Source: an uncultured Dehalococcoidia bacterium (GTDB lineage: Bacteria > Chloroflexota > Dehalococcoidia > SZUA-161). From it: a stretch of DNA of 24,000 nt. Every line of letters begins with the position of its first letter. Positions within the stretch are counted from its first letter, which is position 1. Where the stretch lies: contig CAZCXP010000009.1 of the NCBI GenBank assembly GCA_964502665.1, positions 5,804 through 29,803 of the forward strand, written 5' to 3'. Below the pieces are notes generated by a model that saw only the letters and a list, made by a program, of their open reading frames with translations, did not search any database and had not been told where the DNA came from. The position numbers and the translations under genes were made by a program. Shown here piece after piece: positions 6,698-14,726 of this stretch.

Positions 6698-7492
6698 ATG
6701 GAGGCTGACACCAGGCAAATCAACGATACCAGCTTCAAGTTCCTGCGAAGATTCAATGCTGCAATGTGTGTACTGCACCTTGTTCAAGCAGCAGCCATTT
6801 TCGCACTGAGTAATGATTACTCTGTCACCTTAACGACCTCTTTTCTCAAACGATTGCCTGGCGTGGAGTTCCCTGAGACGGCTCTGGAGGGATTATATGA
6901 TCTTCGACTCGGCCCGATGGTTGCTGTTTTTCTGCTAATATCGGCCATAGCACATTTCATTATGGCCTCGCCATTCGGGTTCCCCTGGTACGTGCGTAAC
7001 CTTAAAAAGCAAACAAACTACCTCAGATGGTATGAATACTCTCTCAGTGCTTCACTGATGGTGGTCCTCATAGCAATACTCAGCGGTATATATGATGCCC
7101 CGACCTTAGTTTTGCTTTTCGTACTAACTGCGGTGATGAGCTTCTTCGGGCTAATGATGGAGCTGCACAATCAGACTACAGAGAAGACCAACTGGACAGC
7201 CTACATATTTGGCTGCATCGCCGGTATAGTCCCCTGGATTATCATATTCTGGTATTTCTCTGCAGCTTTCGCCTCAGCAGAGGGAACGATCCCGACCTTT
7301 GTTTACTACATACTGGCCTCACTCTTTATTCTGTTCTCTAGCTTCGCCTTGAATATGTTCCTGCAGTATAGAAAGGTAGGGCCCTGGAAAGACTACCTGT
7401 TTGGCGAAAAAGTCTATATGATCCTGAGCCTTGTAGCCAAGTCGGCACTTGCGTGGCAGGTATTCGGAGGAATTCTGGCCAGGTCACTTTAA
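6698..7492 (+). CDS. Heliorhodopsin (264 aa, 7-TM retinal protein)
   Basis: Blocks closely match heliorhodopsin 48C12 as I recall it. These are FNAAMCVLHLVQAAAIFALSNDY, LRWYEYSLSASLMVVLIA (counterion Glu113), FGCIAGIVPWIIIFWY, FALNMFLQYRKVGPWKDYLFGEKVYMILSLVAKSALAWQVFGG (Schiff-base Lys248, codon 7439-7441), plus His27 and His86. A strong SD, AGGAGGG, lies 4 nt upstream of the ATG. Confidence 0.9.
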   Translation: MEADTRQINDTSFKFLRRFNAAMCVLHLVQAAAIFALSNDYSVTLTTSFLKRLPGVEFPETALEGLYDLRLGPMVAVFLLISAIAHFIMASPFGFPWYVRNLKKQTNYLRWYEYSLSASLMVVLIAILSGIYDAPTLVLLFVLTAVMSFFGLMMELHNQTTEKTNWTAYIFGCIAGIVPWIIIFWYFSAAFASAEGTIPTFVYYILASLFILFSSFALNMFLQYRKVGPWKDYLFGEKVYMILSLVAKSALAWQVFGGILARSL

Positions 7493-7710
7493 GCTGGATA
7501 CATTCCTGCTGAAAATGAGTCGTCAAACATCACCGCCCGGCACTGTTGAGACAGCCGGGTAGCCGAGACTATCGTCATCGGTAGCTGGATTCGCTACCCT
7601 GCCAGCCATCTGGAATGCTATCTGAGCAGTTTAGGACAATCTCCGCTCGACTCTTATGGAATCCTGATGAATTATGTGGTAGGTCTGTCGCTCGTGAGCC
7701 TGCTCTCTGG

Positions 7711-7947
7711 TCAGCGCTGTGAATCTGGCGGGAGTCCACGGAACTCGCCTTTGCTACCCTCGTAGTTAAAGACATCCTCAATACTTACGTTGAAAAGCTT
7801 AGCAATGCGGAAAGCCAAACCCAGCGATGGGTCATACTTACCATTTTCAATGGATACAACGGTCTGCCTCGTAACATCGAGCTTGTTTGCCAGTGCCTCC
7901 TGGGTGAGATCGTGCATTGCCCGAAAGACCTTTAGCCTGTTCTTCAC
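7711..7947 (-). CDS. XRE/Cro-C1 family helix-turn-helix transcriptional regulator (78 aa, YozG-like)
   Basis: The sequence LTQEALANKLDVTRQTVVSIENGKYDPSLGLAFRIAKLFNVSIEDVF is a textbook HTH_3-type small regulator. Confidence 0.9.
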   Translation of the reverse strand: MKNRLKVFRAMHDLTQEALANKLDVTRQTVVSIENGKYDPSLGLAFRIAKLFNVSIEDVFNYEGSKGEFRGLPPDSQR

Positions 7948-7960
7948 TCAGTTCCCTCGT

Positions 7961-8341
7961 TCACAGTTTTCGGCTGAAGTAGGAGTAAAAAGTTAGATAC
8001 ACCAGCAGTACCACGCAGACAGAGTAGCCTAGAGCTTCGCCGAAGAAGGCCAGTTCGACTGAGAGATTCTCTTTCAATGATAGAAGAACAACTGCCGCCA
8101 AGCCCATTGCAGGCAGCAAGAGCCGCATAGTAGCAGCCGATGCCTTCTCATAAATGTGGTGGATGCGTTCATCATCGATGGCTTCTTCAGTAGCCCTCCG
8201 GCACAAGTACATAAGCCCTACAGCCACTGCTACGGCCGTAACAGGCACCACCGGGTTTCCTGCCGTTACTGACCATCCAACCACTATCGCCAGTGCGACG
8301 ACTAGAACAGCCCTGCAGACTTTGTACATTCTGGTGCTCAT
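7961..8341 (-). CDS. Small 4-TM membrane protein, DUF2178-like, partner of the downstream XRE regulator
   Basis: Four hydrophobic segments surround a cytoplasmic loop, AIDDERIHHIYEKASAA, which carries a DER...KA motif. The gene ends 13 nt upstream of the HTH gene, an arrangement common for this membrane protein plus small XRE pair. Confidence 0.55.
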   Translation of the reverse strand: MSTRMYKVCRAVLVVALAIVVGWSVTAGNPVVPVTAVAVAVGLMYLCRRATEEAIDDERIHHIYEKASAATMRLLLPAMGLAAVVLLSLKENLSVELAFFGEALGYSVCVVLLVYLTFYSYFSRKL

Positions 8342-8395
8342 TTCATTTACCCCACGCTAAGTTCTACAGACTTATTGTAAAGCAAACTAGACTAT

Positions 8396-8683
8396 TTGTC
8401 AAGTTGCAGCTTCTCCCTGAACAAGAGGCTGCTTGAATTCAAGGGTGTGGGGCCAACCACAGTGAACATCTTCTTGAGGGAGCTGAGAGGGGTGTGGCAG
8501 AAGGCAAGACCACAGCCGTCACCTCTTGCCAGGGAGGTTGCCTCCAGGATTGGACTGGCGGAAGCGGAGCTGGAGCTCCCCAATGTCGAGTCGGCCTTGG
8601 TGAAACTCGGCTTGGAATTCTGCAAGGGCAGAAAATGCTCTGGGTGCCCCCTCATGGAAGAATGCCGCGGGGCAAGCACCTGA
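8396..8683 (+). pseudogene. C-terminal remnant of an HhH-GPD / endonuclease-III-like protein
   Basis: It contains only the helix-hairpin-helix LLEFKGVGPTTVNIFLREL and a four-Cys cluster loop, FCKGRKCSGCPLMEEC. The ~120-aa N-terminal half expected for this fold is absent. Only 54 nt separate the ORF from the divergent gene at 8341, and the ORF opens on a TTG with no SD. Confidence 0.4.
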
Positions 8684-8755
8684 CCATGTGCCGGGTGATC
8701 ACTGCTGCCAACAGTACTGTGGCGAACAGAACCGCACTGAGAGCTGCTTTTTGAA

Positions 8756-10285
8756 TCACATTCTAGCTCTCAACTTGTCGGCCCCAACGTGACAGAGGGT
8801 GCTGCTCGCTGCTGGCTCTGCGGCCAGACTCTCTCGGTCTGTTGGGCACGGAACCCTGGAAAGGCAGAGTTGTTCTGCTAGTTCAAGGTGTCTCAGGACC
8901 TGATTTCCCCACGAGAATTCCTCAGCATACCCAAGGGCTCTCTCCGAGATCTGCGCCCTGAGCTTGGGGTGCAGGATAGTCTGTGCTATCTTGAAAATGA
9001 GTTGTCCAAAGTCCGCGCTGGCCAATCCTCCAGCCATTTTCACAGTTTCGCCAACGCCCTCCCTGTCGCGGCAGGCGATTGTTGTGCCAGCGCCCAGGGC
9101 GTGCGCCACAATTCCGCTCTGAGTGCAGTTGCTGGGCCAGTAGAAATAGATATCCAGAGCTCTCAGCATGGCTGCGAGCATATCTCCAGGCAGATAGGTC
9201 TCCAGGAAGAACTGTCCTGCACCGTTGTGTCTGGCCTTCAACTCCCCGGCGAACTCGCTGTCGACGCTATTGTCGACCTCCCTTAATAGGCCTGTATACA
9301 CCGCTGCGATCTTGTGTTTGGGCAGCACCTGCTGCAGCACGTTATGGACATGGTAGAGTAGCTCCGTACCCTTGCTGGTGGTGATGAATCCGGTGCCGCC
9401 AATTATGACTGTGTCGGGGTCGAGGAACACGCGTTGCTGTCTCAGGTTGTCCTTGCTTAGCTTATCCAGCCCGGATTGGTCAACCAGATACTCATGGATC
9501 CTTGCCTTGGCTTCGGCTTTGCTCATTCTGGCGAATCTAGGGTAGAGATGAGTACCATGCCTTAGCACGTGTACTTTGTCGGTATACCCGGGGAATGCGT
9601 GCGTGACCGCCTTATACACACCGTCGCTGAACACTGTGATGGCATCGGTGTGAGGAAGAAGAGCGTGCAGGAAGGAATACTCCTCGTTGCGCAGCCCGTA
9701 GCGGGTCTCGTTGCTTTGGAAGTGGAGAGTGTGGAGGGTAACCACTTTTGGCATGTACAGGTGTCTGAGCATGTTGACAAATCTGGCATTGTCTCTCCAG
9801 ATACCGAATTCGTGTTGGAACCAGAGGACTTGGTTTGCGTGGGGTTTGAGTCCCTGCAAGATGGAGGTAGCGGAGAAATCGTGGCGGCTGGAGATGCCGT
9901 ACCAGACGTGGTTGGTGGCTGAGGGTTGGTCCTCGCTCAGGGGGACTCCGTAGTTATCCAGATCGAACGATAACACATCCCAACAGTGGGCTGGCGCCTC
10001 TCTGGTGAGAAAATACGCGTAGTCGGCAATTCCGCAGATTATGGGCTTGTATGGGGAGACCAAGGCAATGGATGGCATCATACCCTTCTCTTGATGCCAG
10101 AATCTCTCTGATGCCGCCAGGTGTTGCCTGCTCTTGGGCTCGTTCAGTAGGCCTAGAACGTCTGCCACCGGTTTACTTTGCGTCGACTTGCTAGTTGTCA
10201 CCACGTCTTGGCTACCTACTGTCCTCGGTGCGGTCAGGATAAGCGAGTTATCATATCTACAAATATCCTGCCCGAACTCTATCAT
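8756..10285 (-). CDS. Glycosyltransferase, GT-B fold (GT4-like) with a ~68-aa N-terminal extension
   Basis: SIALVSPYKPIICGIADYAYFL is a typical GT4 N-terminal motif. A C-terminal Glycos_transf_1-like half follows (GGTGFITTSKG...YFYWPSNCTQSGIVAHALGAG). The ATG at 10285 has AAGAGG 5 nt upstream. The track's GTG at 10291 and the internal MMPS at 10081 are alternative starts. Confidence 0.7.
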   Translation of the reverse strand: MIEFGQDICRYDNSLILTAPRTVGSQDVVTTSKSTQSKPVADVLGLLNEPKSRQHLAASERFWHQEKGMMPSIALVSPYKPIICGIADYAYFLTREAPAHCWDVLSFDLDNYGVPLSEDQPSATNHVWYGISSRHDFSATSILQGLKPHANQVLWFQHEFGIWRDNARFVNMLRHLYMPKVVTLHTLHFQSNETRYGLRNEEYSFLHALLPHTDAITVFSDGVYKAVTHAFPGYTDKVHVLRHGTHLYPRFARMSKAEAKARIHEYLVDQSGLDKLSKDNLRQQRVFLDPDTVIIGGTGFITTSKGTELLYHVHNVLQQVLPKHKIAAVYTGLLREVDNSVDSEFAGELKARHNGAGQFFLETYLPGDMLAAMLRALDIYFYWPSNCTQSGIVAHALGAGTTIACRDREGVGETVKMAGGLASADFGQLIFKIAQTILHPKLRAQISERALGYAEEFSWGNQVLRHLELAEQLCLSRVPCPTDRESLAAEPAASSTLCHVGADKLRARM

Positions 10286-10515
10286 ACCCACCTCTTAGGG
10301 ATATACAATGGCTCTTTCGGTGGGCCTCAGGTGGGAAAATAGTCCTGCAATGTGTGAACGAGCGACGGGGCACATGGCGGTTGCCACCAACGCCTGGAAT
10401 GGTCGCAGGACTCCAACCCGAGCTGGGGAGCGAGTGTCAGTCGCCCGCAGTGTTCAAAAAGCCTTCCTTCTGGACCTGTGGTAGGAAAAGTGTGGATGAG
10501 TTAGGTAGCAGGGGG

Positions 10516-10544
10516 TTGATTCCTGCGAAGTAATCTCGTATTAT
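10516..10544 (+). promoter_or_regulatory. Sigma70-type promoter for the cohesin/FN3 surface protein gene
   Basis: TTGATT (10516-10521), a 17-nt spacer, then TATTAT (10539-10544). The track's ATG at 10543 lies inside this -10 element, which argues for the downstream GTG start. Confidence 0.45.
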
Positions 10545-10638
10545 GGTCGAAACCGGTGCCGGGCGATGGCGCACGAGCGGAGGGACAGTCAGCCAGGATG
10601 TGCTTCTGCCCTCGTTGTACGGAAGAGGTTGGTATATC

Positions 10639-12078
10639 GTGAAATACAGGAATGTCCGGCGGGCGCTGATACTGCTCACCCTTCTTTGTGTGGTGGCAGG
10701 CCTATTCTTTGCTGCCGGAGTATCTGCACAAGGTGACACCACGGTTGATATCTCACCGGCCAGCCAGACGGTCGCTCCACTGGAGGTATTTACAGTTGAC
10801 GTAGTAATTGCCCCAGCAGTTCCCATAGCTGGTGTCGAGTTCGACCTGAGCTTTGATCCCTCGCTTCTAACTGCAAATAGCGTTGCCGAGGGCAATCTAC
10901 TGAATCAGAATGGCGATGAGACATTCTTCCTGCCTGGCACAATAGACAATGTTGCTGGGACTATCACCGGCGTTGGTGGTGCCATCTTAGGAGTTGGTGC
11001 CAGTGTGTCATCGCCAGGGACATTTGCCACAATCACCTTCACTGCCAAAACAACGCCGGGAACCTCACCACTTGACTTGACGTACGTTCTAGTGGGAGAC
11101 CCTGCAGGAGACCCGGTACCTATAGTGGTGACCGATGGGAGTGTAACGATTGAGATACCACCCACGCCGACACCGACACCCACGCCAACACCGACACCCA
11201 CACCTACGCCGATTGATACCACTCCACCCACGATAACCGGGGTTCAAGCCATTGATATCACCCCGACATCGGCAACCATCATCTGGACCACGGATGAGCC
11301 GGCGGACAGCGTGGTCCGCTATGGAACCACAAAGCCACCAACTACTGAAGTATCAGACCCTGCACTTGTTACCAGTCACTCCGTAACCTTAAGCGGGCTC
11401 GGGACGACCTACTACTACGAGGTGCAATCAACGGATGAAGCTACAAACACCGCCATCGACAACAATGGAGGCGCCTACTATTCCTTTACCACACCGGTTG
11501 TTGTTAGCATTTCCGGATGGGGGTGGTGCAGCGACTGCAGCAAGCTTGCCACCGCCACGCTGGAGGGGAACGCGACGATGGTTGAGAGGTCGCATGCCTC
11601 GGAGAGCTTCTCTCTGCACCTTGTGGGCAACGTCACGCTACACATATCAAATGCGCCCGATGAGACGATCGAACTTGATATGTATGGCAGCAGGGTCAGG
11701 TCGTTGTTCTACCTCCGGCAGGAGACCCCAGGCAGGTCCGCGAGCTTAGATGGAACGTGGATCGATGCCCCAGGTGATCAGTACTATATCGGCGCAACAG
11801 GCATGATTGCGCTGCCTAACCCTGAGGGTGAGGTACTTAAAACAGCAAAGCTTTGCTTTGTCGTGCTGCGAACACCTGACGTGGAGGTCCCCATCGCAGA
11901 GCCAGGTAGCTTTGTGGAAGATGTGGAGTCTATGATCACCAGGTTTGTAAGATTCATGGACAGACTACTTGATAGCTTGATAGGTACTGGCTTCGGGGAA
12001 ACACTGAGTGCCATTCTGGGCAAGGTAGCGACACTGTTGGCTGCGCTGCGGGCGCTTGGCGTACCCTATATTCCGTAG
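10639..12078 (+). CDS. Secreted surface protein: signal peptide, cohesin-like domain, (Pro-Thr)n linker, FN3-like domain, and a ~190-aa C-terminal domain of unknown family
   Basis: The GTG at 10639 gives VKYRNVRRALILLTLLCVVAGLFFAAGVSAQG, a signal peptide with an A-x-A site. ISPASQTVAPLEVFTVDVVI...VPIAGVEFDLSFDPSLL is cohesin-like. The linker reads PPTPTPTPTPTPTPTPTP. ITPTSATIIWTTDEPADSVVRYG...YYYEVQSTDEATN is FN3/PAP-N-like. Confidence 0.8.
   Translation: MKYRNVRRALILLTLLCVVAGLFFAAGVSAQGDTTVDISPASQTVAPLEVFTVDVVIAPAVPIAGVEFDLSFDPSLLTANSVAEGNLLNQNGDETFFLPGTIDNVAGTITGVGGAILGVGASVSSPGTFATITFTAKTTPGTSPLDLTYVLVGDPAGDPVPIVVTDGSVTIEIPPTPTPTPTPTPTPTPTPIDTTPPTITGVQAIDITPTSATIIWTTDEPADSVVRYGTTKPPTTEVSDPALVTSHSVTLSGLGTTYYYEVQSTDEATNTAIDNNGGAYYSFTTPVVVSISGWGWCSDCSKLATATLEGNATMVERSHASESFSLHLVGNVTLHISNAPDETIELDMYGSRVRSLFYLRQETPGRSASLDGTWIDAPGDQYYIGATGMIALPNPEGEVLKTAKLCFVVLRTPDVEVPIAEPGSFVEDVESMITRFVRFMDRLLDSLIGTGFGETLSAILGKVATLLAALRALGVPYIP
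11158..11211 (+). repeat. (Pro-Thr) dipeptide repeat coding tract, 18 codons
   Basis: The tract reads cca ccc acg ccg aca ccg aca ccc acg cca aca ccg aca ccc aca cct acg ccg. It is an imperfect hexanucleotide repeat encoding PPTPTPTPTPTPTPTPTP. Confidence 0.95.
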
Positions 12079-12103
12079 GTGAAGTCACCATATTCCAGCA
12101 CAT

Positions 12104-12439
12104 TCACCTACTCCCCAAGGACTTAAACCACAATTTCACTCTTTCCCCTGTGCGACTTGGCCACGACTGCTTTCTGGCCCAGACCCATATCAGCGCTACC
12201 CCTGTCAGGCCAGACACCATCAGCGAGGTATTTAGCAGCGTTATCCTGACATCGAAGAGCCAGTTGAACCAGAAGACAAGCAGGGGCACCAAGGCTATGG
12301 ATAACCCAAAGGACAGCGCAACCCTCTCGATCCAGTCAATGTTTCTCTTTGCGAAGAAGACATAGCTCCAGGCGAATCCAGGCACAAAGAGAACGAATAC
12401 CGAACCAAAGAATATCCTGAATCCCTCTAACACAGTCAT
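12104..12439 (-). CDS. DUF1616-like membrane protein, short form (111 aa; only the N-terminal 3-TM module)
   Basis: VFVLFVPGFAWSYVFFAKRNIDWIERVALSFGLSIALVPLLVFWFNW matches the conserved N-terminus of DUF1616 (lPGY...iERlaLSfGLSia.vPL) as I recall it. GGAGG lies 7 nt upstream of the ATG. The gene is 3 nt downstream of the preceding gene. Confidence 0.55.
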   Translation of the reverse strand: MTVLEGFRIFFGSVFVLFVPGFAWSYVFFAKRNIDWIERVALSFGLSIALVPLLVFWFNWLFDVRITLLNTSLMVSGLTGVALIWVWARKQSWPSRTGERVKLWFKSLGSR

Positions 12440-12442
12440 ATA

Positions 12443-14047
12443 CTAGCCTCCGCCGAGATACCTGTACACTACTGCCCCTTCTCGATAAGCCTCCTGAAAG
12501 AGTGGGTTCTGGAACTTCCGTAGGTTAAGATAGTTCCCCTGATTCTGCGAGTGGTAGATATATATCGGTGGCTGATAGGCATCCAGGAACCGCTCTGCCG
12601 TCTCCAAATCGCCTGCCTTGAGGAATTCAGCCCATTCCTTCTCGCCGTGAGCGCTCCACTCAAAAAGCCCCGGCGCGATCACCCTCCTCTGGCTCCATCC
12701 CAGAACCCAGGGGGCATCATAGCTGGTGGCGAGTATATATGCATCCTCCTCGGTATTCTCTGCTATCCACTGAACAGCTTCCAGCTGCTGCTCCGTTATC
12801 AGCGGCTTGGCGCTTCTTGTCCCGTCTACCGTTGGCATTCCGGCTACCGCGATTAGCAGAAGCACGATGATCACTGCTGCCACCTTAACCATCCCACCTC
12901 TCCGCAACAGGGTACACTCGATGCCTACAGCGGCCAATATCACAAAAGCGATGTCCAGCGGGATGATGAACCTCTTGAAAAAGAACAGCTGAAAAAGGAC
13001 AATGATCGAGCTTATCACAAAGTAGAAGAATATGCTATTCCAGTCCCTTCTCAGCGCCAGATACATAGCTCCTATCAGAGTGAAGGGCAGGTAAGCCAGT
13101 GAGACCGCCCGGTACGTTGCGAAATCGAAGAATGTCCCCCCGCCTAATGCCTCCCCTGTCTCAATATTGGTGATCGCCGTCTCGATGGTGCCCGATAACA
13201 CTGCCCAATTTGCTTCCCACCTGGGAATCCAGAAGAGGGCAATCAAGGCAGCAGCGCCAAGCGCTGCAAATACGATCCCCTTCCGTCGATGCAATATGAA
13301 GTAAGGTATCAATATCAGTGCAAACAGCAGAAACTCAGGCCGATGGAAAATGCCCAAGGCGGCAAACATTACCGCCATCAGGCCATACCTTTTCTTCTCC
13401 AGGGCATAGATGGAGAACAGCAGAAACATTAACCCCAATACATTCTTGAAGTAGAACATGGTGAAGACGTCAAACTGGGTATATGAAACAGCATATAGGA
13501 CAGCCGCCACCAATCCTGCCCTCTGACCAAAGAGGCCTCTGGTCACCACGAAAACCGGGAAGACCAAGAATGCCCCCAGGAAGGGAAACAGAAAATTCAT
13601 GAACTCGAGGGCATCGGCACCGGCCACAACATGCAGGGTATCGGAGAGCACAGGCAGGCCCTGCGGCATCATTTCCTTCACCCAGCCTGCCAGGTCTGCC
13701 TCCGGTATCTGGGGAAGAGCGCTGGCATAAAGCTCCATGGTATGCTTATAAAGGCCTGGGTCATACCCCAGGGGAACGGTGCTGTGGGTGTGAGGAAAGA
13801 GCCGGACGGAGAGGGCAAATAGAAAGGCCGCCAGCAATATGGGCAACGCCCCCTTGAGGCTTCTGGCCTGCGATGACCTTGCCGCTAACAAAGCAGGTAT
13901 GGCAAGCAGTGGCAGGGTGTAGGCAAACAGTTCATAGTTGAACGGGGGAGAAAGGATTTCCAACTCCCTGAGCAAGACCAGGATGATGAAAATCAGGGCC
14001 AGCTGAAGGTAGCTGAGGTCAATGACCTTGGCTATCTTCTTCCTCAT
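12443..14047 (-). CDS. Polytopic membrane protein with a C-terminal extracytoplasmic domain; GT-C-fold glycosyltransferase-like (ArnT/PMT/OST-like)
   Basis: 534 aa with roughly 12 or more hydrophobic segments, followed by a ~130-aa soluble tail (EQQLEAVQWIAENTEEDAYILATSYDAPWVLGWSQRRVIAPG...IYIYHS). The gene neighbours a polyprenyl-P sugar synthase and a flippase. The functional call rests on architecture only. Confidence 0.55.
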   Translation of the reverse strand: MRKKIAKVIDLSYLQLALIFIILVLLRELEILSPPFNYELFAYTLPLLAIPALLAARSSQARSLKGALPILLAAFLFALSVRLFPHTHSTVPLGYDPGLYKHTMELYASALPQIPEADLAGWVKEMMPQGLPVLSDTLHVVAGADALEFMNFLFPFLGAFLVFPVFVVTRGLFGQRAGLVAAVLYAVSYTQFDVFTMFYFKNVLGLMFLLFSIYALEKKRYGLMAVMFAALGIFHRPEFLLFALILIPYFILHRRKGIVFAALGAAALIALFWIPRWEANWAVLSGTIETAITNIETGEALGGGTFFDFATYRAVSLAYLPFTLIGAMYLALRRDWNSIFFYFVISSIIVLFQLFFFKRFIIPLDIAFVILAAVGIECTLLRRGGMVKVAAVIIVLLLIAVAGMPTVDGTRSAKPLITEQQLEAVQWIAENTEEDAYILATSYDAPWVLGWSQRRVIAPGLFEWSAHGEKEWAEFLKAGDLETAERFLDAYQPPIYIYHSQNQGNYLNLRKFQNPLFQEAYREGAVVYRYLGGG

Positions 14048-14726
14048 CCCCCTCCCTCCAGATCAGCAGAAACAATAGCACGATCAGCCCACCACTTATC
14101 ACTGATATGACATAGGAAAGCCATCCTATCTCCTCGGTCTTGTACCACACGATGGCTATTCCGGCCAGCCCGGCGCAGACTACGGTGACAATGTCTCCTC
14201 TGCCGAGTCGTCGCTTCTCTCCCCTCACCCCTTCCGGCCTGGTAAGAACAGAAGCCCCGGTCTCGAGGCCATCCGCTGCCGAGAATTCTTCCACCGTGGG
14301 CTCCTCGATTTTCTCCACCCAGGCCCGCTTACTGTGATCCCAGACCCACGTGGCTCTGGGCTTGAGCTCGTTTGCGTCCTCGCATCCGGACTTGCTGCCA
14401 GATTCAGGTTCCTCCACAGGTCTTGCCCCGATCAGGGCTCCTCCAAGACCGTCTGGCTCTGTTGGTTCATCGATTTGCGCCCTCACCCTCTCCGGCCTGG
14501 CAAGAACGGCCGTTACCCCCACTACGATGACCGCGATGAGCAGATAATCGAGACTCAAGTAAGAAGAGACACTTCTCTCCCAAATGCTCTCCACCAGTAG
14601 CAATAATAAGAAAGTAATGAGCAGCACAGCAAACAGTTGCTGGGCAAGCTCAGCCGCTCTCTTTATATGCCTGTTCTCCCGCCCTTTCATGGAGAGCGTC
14701 GTCAACCGGCTACCTAATCTCCCCAT
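14019..14726 (-). CDS. Hypothetical 4-TM membrane protein with an acidic central linker
   Basis: Two N-terminal and two C-terminal hydrophobic helices flank a Glu/Pro-rich segment. The ATG at 14726 overlaps the upstream stop (TGATG) and has GGAGAGGA upstream. The 3' end overlaps the next gene by 29 nt. I recognise no family. Confidence 0.5.
   Translation of the reverse strand: MGRLGSRLTTLSMKGRENRHIKRAAELAQQLFAVLLITFLLLLLVESIWERSVSSYLSLDYLLIAVIVVGVTAVLARPERVRAQIDEPTEPDGLGGALIGARPVEEPESGSKSGCEDANELKPRATWVWDHSKRAWVEKIEEPTVEEFSAADGLETGASVLTRPEGVRGEKRRLGRGDIVTVVCAGLAGIAIVWYKTEEIGWLSYVISVISGGLIVLLFLLIWREGDEEEDSQGH

Noticed and set aside
7536-7598. Hairpins between the convergent heliorhodopsin and XRE genes (CCCGGC-N12-GCCGGG at 7536-7559; GGTAGC-N7-GCTACC at 7580-7598), considered as terminators or a tRNA fragment
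   Set aside because: Neither has a U-tract on either strand. The stems are short (6 bp). The loop sequences do not match tRNA T- or anticodon-loop consensus. The evidence is too weak to call intrinsic terminators.
10543-10638. The ATG at 10543 as the start of the cohesin/FN3 protein
   Set aside because: This ATG sits inside the -10 hexamer of the best promoter. The 32-aa extension (MVETGAGRWRTSGGTVSQDV...) precedes and would bury the signal peptide. The GTG at 10639, with AGAGGT upstream, gives a proper N-terminal signal sequence.
10905-11231. A minus-strand ORF containing a (GV)n repeat
   Set aside because: It is the antisense shadow of the Pro-Thr repeat in the plus-strand surface protein.
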